In this document: positions 20,569 through 38,100 of the stretch, one piece after another
How the letters are laid out: every line of letters starts with the position of its first letter
How positions within the stretch are numbered: position 1 is the stretch's first letter
Assembly (NCBI RefSeq): GCF_009914755.1
Contig: NC_060945.1
Length of the DNA stretch: 64,000 nt
Direction: 5' to 3' (one strand)
DNA from: the human T2T-CHM13v2.0 reference genome, Homo sapiens
Position numbers and translations under genes: made by a program
The notes under the pieces: generated by a model
Told to the model about the DNA's origin: nothing
Databases searched by the model: none
What the model saw: only the letters and a program-made list of their open reading frames with translations

Positions 20569-23500
20569 CTGAAACACAATTTTTGTGCTATCTGCAAGTG
20601 GACTTTTGTAGTGCATTGAGGCCTATGGTGGATAAGGAAATATCTTCACATAAAAACTAGACAGAAGCATTCTGACAAATTTCTTTGAGATGTGTGCACT
20701 CATCTCACAGAGTTGAACATTTCTTTCAATTGAGTAATTTGGTAACTCTCTGTAGAATCTGCAACTGGATATTTGGAGCGCTATGAGGCCTATGGTCAAA
20801 AAGGAAGTATCTTCACTTAAGAACTAGACAGAAACATTCTGACAAACTTCTTTGTGATGTGTGCATTCATCTCACAGAGTTGAACCATTCTTTTGATTGA
20901 GCAGTTTTGAAACACTCTTTTTGTAGAATCTGCAAATGGACATTTGGAGGGCTTTGTGACCTATGGTGGAAAAGGAAATATATTCACATAAAAACTATTC
21001 TGAAACATTCTGACAAACTCCTTTGTGATGCGTGCATTCATCTTATGGAGTTGAAACTTCCTTTGCATTGAGCAGTTTTGAAAAACTCTTTTTGTAGAAT
21101 TTGCAAGTGTACACTTGGAGCGCTTTGAGGCCTATTGTCGAAAAGGTAAAAACGTCACATAAAACCTAGACAGGATCATTCTTAGAAAATTCTTACTGAT
21201 GTGATAATTTATCTCACAGAGTTTAATCTTTCTTTCGATTGAGCAGTTGTGAAACACTCTTTGTAGAATTTCCACGTGGACATTTGGCCACTTAGAGGCC
21301 TATGTTGGAAAAGGAAATATCTTCACATTAAAACTAGACAGAAGCTTTCTGAGGTACTTCTTTGTGATGTGTGCATTCATCTCAGAGAGTTGAACCTTTC
21401 CTATGAATGAGCAGTTTGGAAAAACTCTTTTTGTAGAATCTGCAATAGGACATTTGGAGCGCTTTGCAGCCTATGTTGGAAAAGGAATCATCTCACATAA
21501 AAACTAGACAGAAGCAACCTGACAAACTTCTTTGTGATGTCTGCATTCATCTCAAATGGTTGAACCTTACATTCGATTGAGCAGTTTTGAAACACTCATT
21601 TTGTAGAATCTGCAATTGGTCATTTGGAGCGCTTTGAGGCCTATGATGCAAAACGAAATATCTTCACATATTAACTAGACAGAAGCATTCTGAGAAACTT
21701 CTTTGTGATGTGTGCATTCCTCTCACAGAGCTGAATATTTCTTTTGATTGAGCAGCTTTGAAACACTCTTTTTGTAGAATCTGCAAGTGGACATTTGCTG
21801 CGCTTTGCAAACTATGGTGGAAAAGGGAATATCTTCACATAAAAACTAGACTGAATCATTCTGAGAAAATACTTTGTGATGTGTGCATTCATCTCATAGA
21901 GTTGAACATTGCTTGTGATTGAGCAGTTTTGAAACACACTTTTTGTACTATCTGGAAGTAGATATTTGGAGTGCTTTGAGGCCTATGGTGGAGAAGGAAA
22001 TATCTTCGCATAAAAACCAGACAGAAACATTCTGACAAATTCCTTTGAGATGTGTGCATTTATCTCACAGAGTTGAAACTTTCCTTTGATTGAGTAGTTT
22101 GGAAACCCTCTTTTTGTAGAATTGGCAAGTGGACATTTGAGTGCTTTGAGGCCTATGGTGGAAAAAGAAAGATCTTCAATTAAAAATTAGACAGAAGCAT
22201 TCTGAGAGATTTCTTTGGGATGTGTGCATTCATGTCACAGAGTTGAAATTTTCTTTTGATTGAACAGTTTTGAAACACTCTTTTTGTAAAATCTGCAACT
22301 GGACATTTGGAGCACTTTGAGGACTATGATGGAAAAGGAAATATCTTCACATAAAAACTAAACATAAGCATAATGAGAAACTTCTTTGTGATGTGTGCAT
22401 TCATCTCACAGAGTTGAACTTTTCTTTTGTTTGAGCAGCTTAAAAACACTCTTTTTGTAGAATCTGCAAGTGAACTTTTGGAGTGCTTTGAGGCCTATGG
22501 TGGAAAAGGAAATATCTTCACATAAAAACTATGGAGAAAGATTCTGACAAACTTCGTCATAATGGGTGCATTCATCTTATGGAGTTGAAAATTAGTTTTG
22601 AATGACCAATTTGAAACACTGTTTTTGTAGAATCTGCACACAGACATTTGGAGCACTTTGAGGCCTATGGTGGAAAATGAAATATCTTCACATAAAAACT
22701 AGAAAGAAGCATTCTGAAAAAATTTTGTGATGTGTGCATTCATCTCACAGAGTTGGGCCTTTCTTTTGATTGAGCAGTTTTGAAACACTGTTTCTGTAGA
22801 ATCTGCAAGCGGACATGTGGAGCGCTTTGAGGCCAATGGTGGAAAAGGAATATCTTCACATAAAAACTACTCAGAAGCATTCTGTCAAACTTATTTGTGA
22901 TGTGTGCATTCATATCACAGTGTTGAACCTTACTTTTCATTGAGCAGTTTTGAAACACTCTTTTTGTAGAATCTGCAAGTAGACATTTGGAGCACCTTGA
23001 TTCCTATGGTGGATAACGAAATATCTTCCTTTAATAACTAGACAGAAGCATGGTGAGAAATTTCTTTGTGATGTGTGCATTCATCCCACAGAGTTGAACC
23101 TTTCTTTAGATTGAGCAGCTTTGAAACACTCTTTTTGTAGGATCTGCAAGTGGTCATTTGGAACACTTTGAGGCCTATGGTGGAAAAGGAAATATCTTCA
23201 GATAAAAACTAGACAGAAGCATTCTACCAAACTTCTTTGTGATGTGTGCATTCATCTCACAGAATTGAATCTTACTTTTGATTGAGGAGTTTTGAAAGAC
23301 GCTTTTTGTACTATTTGCAAGTGGACATTTGGAGTGATTTGAAGCCTATGGTGGAAAAGGAAATATCTTCACATGAGAACTAGACAGAAGCATCTTGACA
23401 AATTTCTTCATCATGTGTGCATTCATCTCACAAAGTTGAATCTTACTTTTCATTGAGCAGTTTTAAAACACTGTTATTGTAGAATTTGCAAGTGGACATT

Positions 23501-25140
23501 TAGAGCACTGTGAGACCAATGGTGGAAAAGGAAAAATCTTCACATTAAAACTAGACAGAAGCATTGTGACAAACTTCTTTGTGATGTGTGCATTCATCTC
23601 ACAGAGTTGAAACTTTATTTTGATTGACCAGCTTTCATACTCTCCTTTTGTAGAATCTGGATGTGGACATTTTGAGCACTTTGAGGCCCATGGTGGAAAG
23701 GGTAATATCTTCACATAAAAACCAGACAGAAGCATTCTGACAAACTTCTTTTTGATGTGTGCATTCATCTCACAGAGTTGAACTTTCTTTTGATCGAGCA
23801 GCTTTGAAACACTCTTTTTGTAGAATCCGCAAGTGGACATTTGGAGCGCTTTTTGGTGTCTGGTGGAAAAATAAGTATCTTTACGTAATAACTAGAGAGA
23901 AGCATTCTGACACACTTCTTTGAGATGTGTGCATTCATCTCACAGAGTTGAACCTTTCTTTTGATTGTGCAGTTTTGAAACAATGTTTTTGTAGAATCTG
24001 CAAGTGGACATTTGGAGCGCTTTGAGGCCTATGGTGGAAAAGGAAATGTCTTCACATAAAAACTAGACAGAAGCATTCTGACAAACTTCTTTGTGACGTG
24101 TGCATTCATCTCACAGAGTTGAAACTTTCCTTTGATTGAGCAGCTTTAAGCACCCTTTTTGTAGAATCTGCGAGTGGACTTTTGAAGCTCTTTGAAGCCT
24201 ATGGTGAAAAAAGGAAAATCTTCACATAAAAACTAGACACAAGAATTCTGACAAACTTCTTTGTGATTTCTTTATTCATCTCAGAGAGGTGACCCTTACT
24301 TTTGATTGAGCAGATTTGAAACACTTTTTTTGTAGAATCTGGAAGTGGACATTTGGGGCGCTTTGAGGCCTATGGTGGAAACGGAAATATCTTCACATAA
24401 AAACCAGGCAGAAGCATTCTGACAAACTTCTTTGTGATGTGTGCATTCATCTCACCAAGTTGAACATTTCTTTTGATTCAGCAGCTTTGAAACACTCTTT
24501 TTTTTTTTGAATCTGCAAGTGGACATTCGGAGCGCTTTGTGTCCTATGGTGGAAAAGGATATATCATCACATAAAAACTAGATAGAAGCATTCTGACAAA
24601 CTTGTCTGTGATGTGTGCATTCATCTCACAGAGTTGACCCTTACTTTTCATTGTGGAGTTTTGAAACACTGTTTTTGTAGAATCTGCAAGTGGATATTTG
24701 GAGTGCTTTGAGGCCTACAGTGTAAAAGGAAATATCTTCACAAAAAAACTAGACAGAAGCATTCTGACAATCTTATTTGTGATGTGTGCAATCATCTCAC
24801 AGAGATTAACCTTCCTTTCGATTGAGCAGCTTTGAATCACTCTTTTTGTAGAATCTGCAAGTGGATATTTTGAGCGCTTTGAGGCTTATGGTGGAAAAGG
24901 AAATACCTTCACATAAAAACTAGACAGAAGGATTCTGACAAAATTCTTTGTGATGTGTGCATTCATCAGAGAGTTGAACCTTACTTTTCATTTAGCAGTT
25001 TTGAAACACTCTTTTTGTAGAATCTGCAAGTGTACATTTGGGGCGCTTTAAGGCCTTTATTGGAAAAGGAAATATCTTCTTATAAAAACTATACAGAAGC
25101 ATTCGGACAAAATTTGTGACGTGCGTTTTCATCTCACAGA
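20564..25140 (+). repeat. Alpha satellite, layer C, forward
   Basis: Forward units with GCATTCTGACAAAC, AACCTTACTTTT and GAGCAGCTTTGAAAC, the reverse complements of the layer C diagnostics. Confidence 0.9.
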
Positions 25141-25451
25141 GTTAAAACTTTCTTTTGATTCAGCAGTTTTTAAACACCCTTTTTGTAGGATCTGCTAGGG
25201 GACATTTGGAGCGATTTGAGGCCTATGGTGGAAAAGGAATTATCTTCACATAACAACTAGACAAAAGAATTCTGAGAAACTTCTCTGCGATGTGTGTGTT
25301 CATGTCACTGAGTTGAACCTTTCTTTTGATTGAGCAGTTTGGAATCTCTTTTTGTAGAATCAGCAAGTGGACATTTGGAGGTCTTTGCGGCTATGGTAGA
25401 AAAGGATATATCGTCACATAAAATCTAGACAGAAGCAATCGGATAAACTTG

Positions 25452-26233
25452 TTTTATTATTATTATTATGCTTTAAGTTTTAGGGTACATGTGCACAAAC
25501 TGCAGGTTACTTACATATGTATACATGTGCCATGCTGGTGAGCTACACCCACTAACTCGTCATCTAGCATTAGGTATATCTCCTAATGCTATCACTCTCG
25601 CCTCCTCACAACCTGCAACAGTCCCCAGAGTGTGATGTTCCCCTTCCTGTGTCCATGTGTTCTCATTGTTCAATTCCCACTTATGAGTGAGAATATGCTT
25701 TGTTTGTTTTTTTTGTTTTTGCGATAGTTTACTGAGAATGATGATTTCCAGTTTCATCCATGTCCCTACAAAGGACATGAACTCATCATTTTTTATGGCT
25801 GCATAGTATTCCATGGTGTATATGTGCCACATTTTCTTAATCCAGTCTATCATTGTTGGACATTTGGGTTGGTTCCAAGTCTTTGCTATTGTGAATAGTG
25901 CCACAATAAACATACGTGAGCATGTGTCTTTATAGCAGCATGATTTACAGTTCTTTGGGTATATACCCAGTAATGGGATGGCTGGGTCAAATGGGATTTC
26001 TAGTTCTAGATCCCTGAGGAATCGCCACACTGACTTTCACAATGGTTGAACTAGTTTACAGTCCCACCAACAGTGTAAAAGTGTTCCTATTTCTCCACAT
26101 CCTCTCCAGCACCTGTTGTTTCCTGACTTTTTAATGATTGTCATTCTAACTGGTGTGAGATAATATCTCACTGTGGATTTGATTTGCATTTCTCTGATGG
26201 CCAGTGATGGTGAGCATTTTTTCATGTGTTTTT
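25452..26233 (-). mobile_element. L1PA2/PA3-like 3' portion (ORF2 C-terminus, 3'UTR, A-rich tail) of a 5'-inverted insertion
   Basis: Minus strand reads ...GCTAGATGACGAGTTAGTGGG...CCCTAAAACTTAAAG followed by (ATA)n. ORFs 25560-26030 and 26037-26225 are the ORF2 C-terminus ([18 protein letters not shown]). Confidence 0.93.
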
Positions 26234-29105
<2,872 letters not shown>

Positions 29106-32100
29106 TAGCACTTTGCATCTTGTGGTAGAAAAGGAAATATCTTCACATAAAATCTACATAGAAGCAATCTGAGATACTTCTTTGTGATGTGTGCATTCAT
29201 CTCACAGAGTTAAAACTTTCTCTTGATTGAGGAGTTTTGAAACCCTCTTTTTGTAGAATCTGCAAGTGGACATTTGGAGCGCTTTGTGGCCTATGGTGGA
29301 AAAGTTAATATTTTCACATAAATAATAGACAGAAGAATTCTGAGAAACTTCTTTGTGATGTATGCGTTCATCTCACGGATTTGAAACTTTCTTTTGATTG
29401 AGCAGGTTGGAAACACTCTTTTTGTAGAATCTGCAATGGACAATTGGAACGCTTTGCGTCTTATGGTAGAAAAGGAAATGTCTTCACATAAAATCTAGAG
29501 AGAAGAAATCTGAGACTTATTTGTGATGTGTGCTTTCACCTCAGAGAGTTAAACTTTTCTTTTGATTTAGTAGTTTTGAAACACTCTTTTTGCAGAAACT
29601 GCAAGTGGAGATTTGGGGTGCTTTGGGGTCTATGGTGGAAAAGGAAATATCTTCACATAAAAACTTTACAGAAGAATTCTGACAAACTTCTTTGTGATGT
29701 GTGTGTTCATCTCACAGAGTTGAGCGTTTCTTTTGATTCGGCAGTTTGGAAAAAATCATTTGTAGAATCTGCAAGTGGACATTTGGAGCGTTTTGCAGCC
29801 AAAGGTAGAAAAGGAAATATCTTCATAAAAAACCTAAACAGAAGCAATCTGAGAAACTTCTTTGTGATGTGCGTTTTCATCTCACAGAGATAAACCTTTC
29901 TTTTGATTGAGCAGTTTTGAAACTCTCTTTTTGTAGAATCTGCAAGTGGACATTTGGAGCGCTTTGAGGCTTTTGGTGGAAAAGGAAATAACTTCACATA
30001 AAAACTAGACAGAAGAATTCTGAGAAACTTCTTTGTGATGTGTGCGTTCATCTGACAGAGTTGAACTTTCTTTTGATTGAGCAGTTTGGAAACACTCTTT
30101 TTATACCATCGACAAATGGACATTTGGGGCGCATTTGGGCCTATGTTAGAAAAGGAAATATCTTCACATGCAATCTAGACGGAAGCATTCTGAGAAATTT
30201 CTTTATGATGTGTGCGTTCATCTCACAAAGTTGAACATTTATTTTGATTGAGCACTTTGGAAACACTCTTTTTGTAGAATCCACAAGTGGACAATTTGGA
30301 GTGCTTTGCGGCCTTTGGTAGAAAATGAAATATCTTCAACTAAAATCTACACAAAAGCAATCTGAGAAACTTCTTTGTGATGTGTGCATTCACCTCAAAG
30401 AGATAAAACTTTCTTTTGATTGAGCAGTTTTGAAACTCTCTTTTTGTATAATCTGCAAGTGGACATTTGGAGTGCTATGAGGCCTATGGTGGAAAAGGAA
30501 ATATCTTCACATAAAAACTAGACAGAGGAATTCTGAGAAACATCTTTGTGATGGGTGTGTTCATCTCACAGAGTTGAACGTTTCCTTTGACTGAGCAGTT
30601 TGGAAACACTCCTTTGTAGAATCTGCAAGTGGACATATGGAGCGCTTTGCAGCCTATGGTAGAAACGGAAATATCTTCACATAAAACCTAGACAGAAGCA
30701 ATCTGAGAAACTTCTTTGTGATGTGTGCTTTCATCTCACAGAGTTAAACCTTTCTTTTGATTGAGCAGTTTTGAAAATCTCTTTTTGTGGAATCTGCATT
30801 GGACATTTGGAATGCTATGAGGCCTACGGTGGAAAAGGAAATTACTTTGTGATATTTGTGTTCATCTCACAGAGCTGAAACTTACTTTTGATTGAGCAGT
30901 TTGGAAACACTGTTTTTGTAGAATCTGCAAGTGGATATTTGTAGCGCTTTGTGGCATGAGGTAGAAAAGGAAATATCTTCACCTAAAGTCTAAACAGAAG
31001 CAACCTTAGAAACTTATTTGCAATGTGTGCATTCATCTCACAGAGTTAAATCTTTCTTTCGATTGAGCAGTTTTGACACTCTCTTTTTGTAGAATCTGCA
31101 AATGGACATTTGGAGCGCTTTCAGGTCTATGGTGGAAAAGGATATATCTTCACATAAAAACTACACAGAAGAATTCTGAGAAACTTCTTTGTGATGTATG
31201 CATTCATCTCACAGAGTTGAACCTTTATTTTGATTGAGCAGTTTGGAAGCACTCTTTTTATAGATTCTGCAAGTGGACATTTGCAGCGTTTGGTGGCCTA
31301 TGGTAGAAAAAGAAATATCTTCACATAAAATCTAGACAGAAGCAATCTGAGAAACTTCGTTGTGATGTGTGCATTCATCTCACAGAGTTAACACTTTCTT
31401 TTGATTGTGCAGTTTTGAAACTCTCTTTTTGTAGAATCTACAAGTGGACATTTGGAACGCTTTGAGGCCTATGGTGGAAAAAGAAATATCTTCAAGTGAA
31501 AACTAGACAGAAGAATTCTGAGAAACTTTTCGTGATGTGAGCATTCATCTCACAGAGTTAAACCTTTCCTTTGATTGAACAGTTTTGAAAATATCTTATT
31601 GTAGAATCTACAAGAGAACATTTGGATCGCTTTGAGGCTTTGTTAGGAAAGGAAGTATCGTCACATAAAATCTAGACAGAAGCAATCTGAGAAATTTCTT
31701 TGTGATGTGTGCATTCATCTCACAGAGTTAAACATTTCTTTTTCTTGAGCAGTTTTGAAACTCTGTTTTTGCAGAATCTGCAAGTGGACATTTGGAGTGC
31801 TTTAAGGCCTATGGTGAAAAAAGGAAATATCTTCACATAAAACTAGATAGAAAAATTCTGAGAAACATCTTTGTGATGCGTGCGTTCATAACACAGAGAT
31901 GAACCTTTCTTTTGATTGAGCAGTTTAAAAACACTCTTTATTTAGAATCTGCACGTGGACATTTGGAGTGCTTTGCAGCCTATGGTAGAAAAGGAAATAT
32001 CTTCATATAAAATATAGAAACAAGCAATCTGGGAAACTCCTTTGTGATGTGTGCATTCATCTCACAGGGTTAAAATTTTGTTTTGATTGATCAGTTTTGA

Positions 32101-35100
32101 AACTCTTTTTTTGTAGAATCTGCAAGTGGACTTTGGAGTGCTTTGAGGCATAAGTTGGAAAAGGAAATATCTTCACATAAAAACTAGACAGAGGAATTCT
32201 CAGAAACTTCTTTGTGTTGTGTGCGTTCATCTCACAGAGTTGAAACTTTCTTTTCATTGTGCCATTTGGAAACACTCTTTTTGCAGAATGTGGAAGTGGA
32301 CATTTAGAGGGCTTTGTGGCCTATGGTAGAAAAGGAAATATCTTCACATAAAATCTAGACAGAAGCAATCTGAGAAACTTCTTTGTGATGAGAGCATTCA
32401 TCTTACAGAGTTAAACCTTTCTTTTGATTGAGCAGTTTTGAAACTCTCTTTTTGTAGAATCTGCAAGTGGACATTTGGAGTGCTTTGAGGCCTAAGGTGG
32501 AAAAGGAAATATCTTCACATAAAAACTGGATAGAAGCATTCTGAGAAACTTATTTTTGATGTGTGCATTCATCTCTCATAGTTTAACCTTTATTTTGAAG
32601 GACCAGTTTTCAAACACTCTTTTTGAAGAATCTACAAGAGGACATTTTGAGCGCCTTAAGGCCTATGGTGGAGAAGGAAATATCTTCAAATAAATACCAT
32701 ATAGAAGAATTCTGGGAAACTTCTTTGTGATGTGAGCATTCATCTCACCGAGGTGAACCTTTCTTTTCATTGAGCAGTTTGGAAATACTCTTTTTGCAGA
32801 AGCTGCAAGTGGACATTTGTAGTGCTTTGCGTCCTGTGGTAGAAAAGGAAATACCTTCACATAAAATCTAGAGAGAAGCAATCTGAGAAACCTGTTTGTG
32901 ATGTGTGCACTCATCTCACAGAGTTCAACTTTTATTTTGATTGAGCAGTTTTAAAACACTCTTTTTGTAGAATCTGCAAGTGGACATTTGGATCACTTTG
33001 TGGCCTATGTTAGAAAAGGAATATCTTTGCATAAAATCTAGACACAAGCCATGTGAGAAACTTCTTTGTGACGTGTGCATTCATCTCACAGGTTTAAACC
33101 TATCTTTTAATTGAGCAGTTTTGAAACTCTCTTTGTGTAGAATCTGCAAGTGGACATTTGGAGCGCTTTGAGGCCTATAGTGGAAACAGAAATATCTTCA
33201 CATAAAAACTAGACAGAAGAATTGTGAGAAACTTATTTGTGATGTGTGCGTTAATCTCACAGATTTGAACATTTCTTTTGATTGAGCAGTTAGGCAATGC
33301 TCTTATTGTAGAATCTGCAAGTAGACATTTGGAGTGCTCTATGGCCTATGGTAGAAAAGGAAATATCTTCACATAAAATCTAGAAAGAAGTAATCTGAAA
33401 AAGTTTTTTGTGATGTGTGCATTCATCGCACAGAGATAAACCTGTCTTTTCATTCAGCAGTTTCGAAACTCTCTTTTTGGAGAATCTGCAAGTGTACATT
33501 TGGAGCGCTTTGAGGCCTATGGTGGAAGAGGAAATATGTTCACATTAAAACTAGACAGAAGAATTCTGAGAAACTTCTTTATGATGTGTGCATTCGTCTC
33601 ACTGAGTTGAATCTTTCTTTTGATTGAGCAATTTGGAAACAATCATTTGTGGAATCTGCAAGTGGACATTTGGAGCGTTTTGCATCCTGTGGTTGAAAAG
33701 GAATTATCTTCACATAAATTTTAGACAGAAGCAATCTGAGAAACTTCTTTGTGATGTGTGTGTTCATCTCACAGAGTTGAACCTTTGTTTTGATAGAGCA
33801 GTTTGGAAACACTCTTTTTTTAGAATCAGCAAGTGGACATTTGGAGCGCATTGCGGCCTATGTTAGAGAAGGAAATATCTTCACATAAAATCTAGAGAGA
33901 AACAATCTGAGAAAGTTCTTTGTGATGTCTGCATTCAGCTCACAGAGTTGAACCTATCTTTTGATAGAGTAGTTTTTAAACTCTCCTTTTGTAGAATCTG
34001 CAATTGCACATTTTTGCGCTTTGCAGCATATGTTAGAAAAGGCAGTATCTTCACATAAAATCTAGACAGAAGCAATCTGAGAAACTTCTTAGTGATATGT
34101 GCTTTCATCACACTGAGTTGACACTTTCTTTTGACTGAGCAGTTTGGAAACACTCTTTTGTAGAATCTGCAAGTGGACATTTTGAGCGCTTTGTGGCCTA
34201 TGGTAGAAAAGGAAATATCTTCAACTAACATCTACACAAAAGCAAAGTGAGAAACTTCTTTCTGATGTGTGCATTCATCTCACAGAGTTAAACCTTTCTT
34301 TTGATTGAGCATTTATGAAACTCTCTTTTTGTAAATTCTACAAGTGGACATTTGGAGCGCTTTGAGGACTATGGTGGAAAAGGAAATAGCTTCGCATAAA
34401 AACTAGAGAGAAGAATTCTGAGAAACTTCTTTGTGATATGTGCGTTCATCACACAGAGTTGAACCTTTCTTTGAATTGAGCAGTTTGGAAACACACTTTT
34501 TGTACAACCTGCAAGTGGACATTTGGAGCGCTTTGAGGCCTGTGGTGGAAAAGTGAAAATCTTCACATTAAAAACTGGATAGAAGAATTTTGAGAAACTT
34601 CTTTGTGATGCGTGGTTTAATCTCACAGAGTTGAACATTTCTTTTGATGGAGCAGTTTGGAAACACTCTTTTTGTAGAATCTGCAAGCAGACATCTGGAG
34701 TGCTTTTGGGCCTATTTTAGAAAGGGGAATATCTTCATATAAAAACTAGACAGAAGAATTCTGAGAAACTTTTTTGTGATGTGTGCATTCATCTCACAGA
34801 GTTGAACCTTTCCTTGAATTGAGCGGTTTTGACACTCTCTTTTTGTAGAACCTACAAGTGGACATTCGGAGCTCTTTGCGGCCTCTGTTAGAAAAGGAAA
34901 TATCTTAACATAAAATCTACATAGTAGCAATCTCAGAAACTTCCTTGTGATGTGTGCATTCATCTCACAGGGTTAAACTTTTCTTTTGATGGAGCAGTTT
35001 TGAAACTTTCTTTTTGTAGGATCTGCAAGTGGACATTTGCAGCACTTTGAGGCCTATGGTGGAAAAGAAAATACCTTCACATAAAAACTAGACAGAAGAA

Positions 35101-38100
35101 TTCTGAGAAACTTCTTTATGGTGTGTGCATTCATCTCACATACTTGAAACTTTCCTTTGGTTGAGCAGTTTGGAAACCCTCTTTTTGTTGAATCTGCAAG
35201 TGGACCTTTGGAGCGCTTTGATGCCTATTGTGGAAAAGGAAATATCTTCACATAAAAACTATACAGAAGAATTCCGAGAAATTTCTTTGTGATGTGTGCG
35301 TTGATCTCACAGAGTTGAACCTTTCTTTTGATTCAGCAGTTTGGAAACACTCTTTTTCTAGAATCTGCAAGTGGACATTTGGAGCACTTTGGGGCCTGTT
35401 GCTAAAAGAAATATCTTCACATAAAATCTAGACAGAAGCAACCTGAGAAACTTCTTTCTGATGTGTGCGGTCATCTCACAGGGTTGAAACTTTCTTTTGA
35501 TTAAGCAGTTTGGAAACACTCTTTTTGTAGCATCTGCAAGTGGACATTTGGAGCACTTTGAGGCCTGTGGAGGAAAAGCAAAAATCTTCACATGAAAACT
35601 AGTCAGAAGAATTTTGAGAAACTACTTTGTGATGCGTGCGTTAATCTCACGGAGTTGAACATTTCTTTTGATTGAGCAGTTTGGAAACACTCTTTATGTA
35701 GAACCTGCAAGCAGACATTTGGAGCGCTTTTGGGCCTATTTTAGAAGGGAATATCTTCACATAAAAACTAGACAGAAAAATTCTGAGAAACTTCCTTGTG
35801 ATGTGTGCATTCATCTCACAGAGTTGAACCTTTCTTTGAATTGAGCAGTTTTGAAACTCTCTTTTTGCAGAACCTGCAAGTGGACATTTGGAGCGCTTTG
35901 CGGTCTCTGTGAGAAAAGGAAATATCTTAACATAAAATCTACACAGTAGCAATCTGAGAAACTTCGTTGTGATGTGTGCATTCATCTCACACAGTTAAAA
36001 CTTTCCTCTGATTGAGCAGTTTTGAAACGCTCTTTTTGTAGAATCTGCAAGTGGACATTTGGATCGCTCTGCTGCCTACGTTAGAAAAGGAAGTATCTTT
36101 ACATAAAATCTAGACAGAAGCCATAAGAGAAACCTCTTTGTGTTGTGTGCATTCATCTCACAGAGTTAAAGCTTTATTTTGACTGAGCAGTTTTGAAACT
36201 CTCTTTTGGTAGAATCTGCAAGTGGACATTTGGAGTGCTTTGAGGCCTATGGTGGAAAACGAAATATCTTCACATAAAAACTAGACCGAAGAATTGTGAG
36301 AAACTTCCTTGTGACTTGTGCTTTAATCTCACAGATTTTAACATTTCTTTTGATTGAGTAGTTAGGCAACGCTCTTATTGTAGAATCTGCAAGTGGACAT
36401 TTGGAGCGCTTTGTGGCCTATGGTAGAAAAGGAAATATCTTTACATAAAATCTAGAAAGAAGCACACTGTAAAAGTTTTTGTGATGTGTGCAGTCATCTC
36501 ACAGATATAAACCATTCTTTTGATTGACCAGTTTTGGAACTCTCTTTTTGCAGAATCTGCAAGTGGACATTTGGAGCGCTTTGAGGCCTATGGTGGAAGA
36601 GGAAATATGTTCACATAAAAACTAGACAGAAGAATACTGACAAACTTCTTTGTGATTTGTGCATTCATCTCACTGAGTTGAGCCTTTCTTTTGATTGACC
36701 AGTTTGGAAACAATCTTTTTGTAGACTCTGCAAGTGGACATTTGGAGCACATTGCATCCTGTGGTTGACAAGGAAATATTTTCACATAATTTGTAGACAG
36801 AAGCAATCTGAGAAACTTCTTTGTGATGTGTGTGTTCATCTCACAGAGTTGAACATTTATTTTGATAGAGCAGTTTGGAAACACTCTTTTTGTAGAATCT
36901 GCAAGTGAACGTTTAGAGTGCTTTGCGGCCTCTGTTAGAAAAGGAAATATCTTCACATAAAATCTAGACAGAAGCAATCTGAGAAACTTCCTTAAGCTGT
37001 GTGCATTCATCTCACAGAGTTAAAAGTTTCCTTTGATTGAGCAGTTTTGAAACTCTCTTTTTGCAGAAACTGCAAGTAGAAATTTGGAGCACTTTGAGGC
37101 CTATGGTGGAAAAAGAAATATCTTCAAATAAAAACTAGACAGAAGAATTCTGAGAAACTTCTTGGTGATATGTACGTTCAACTCACAGAGTTGAACCATT
37201 CTCTTGATTGAGCAGTTTGGAAACACTCTTTTTGTAGAATCTGCAAGTGAACATTTGGAGTGCTTTGCAGCCTATGGTAGAAAAGGAAATATCTTCACAT
37301 AAAATCTAGATGGAAGCAGTCTGAGAAACTTCTTCGTGATGGGTTAATTCACCTCACAGAGTTAAAACTTTCTTTAGAGTTAAAACTTTCTTTAGATTGA
37401 GCAGTTTTGAAACTCTCTTTTTGTAGAATCTACAAGTGGACATTTAGAGCGCTTTGAGGCCTATAGTGGAAAAGGAAGTACCTTCACATAGAAACTAGAC
37501 AGAAGAATTCCAAGAAACTTCTTTGTGATGTGTGCGTTCCTCTCATAGAGTTGAACCTTTCTTTGGATTGAGTAGTTTGGAAACACTCTTTTTGTAGAAT
37601 CTGCAAGTGGACTTTTGGAACGCTTTATGGCCTATGGTAGAAAAGGAAATATCTTCACATAAAATCTAGGCAGAAGCAATCTGAGAAACTTCTTTGTGAT
37701 GTGTGCATTCATCTCACATAGTTAAAGTTATCTTTTGATTGAGCAGTTTTGAAACTCTCTTATTGTACTATCTGCAAGTGGACATTTGGAGAGCTTTGAA
37801 GCTTATGGTGGAAAAGGAAATATCTTCATATAAAAATTAGATAGAAGCATTCTGAGAAACTTCTTTGTGATGTGTGCATTCATGTCCCAGAGATAAACCT
37901 TTCTTTTGAAGGACCAGTTTTGAAGTACTCTTTTTGTAGAATCTGCAAGCGGACACCTTGAGCGCTTTGAGGCCTATATTGGAAAAGGAAATATCATCAC
38001 ATAAAAACTAGACAGAATAATTCTGGGAAACTTCTTTTTGTTATGGGCGTTCATATCTCTGAGTTGAACTTTTCTTTTGATTGAATGGTTTGGAACACTC

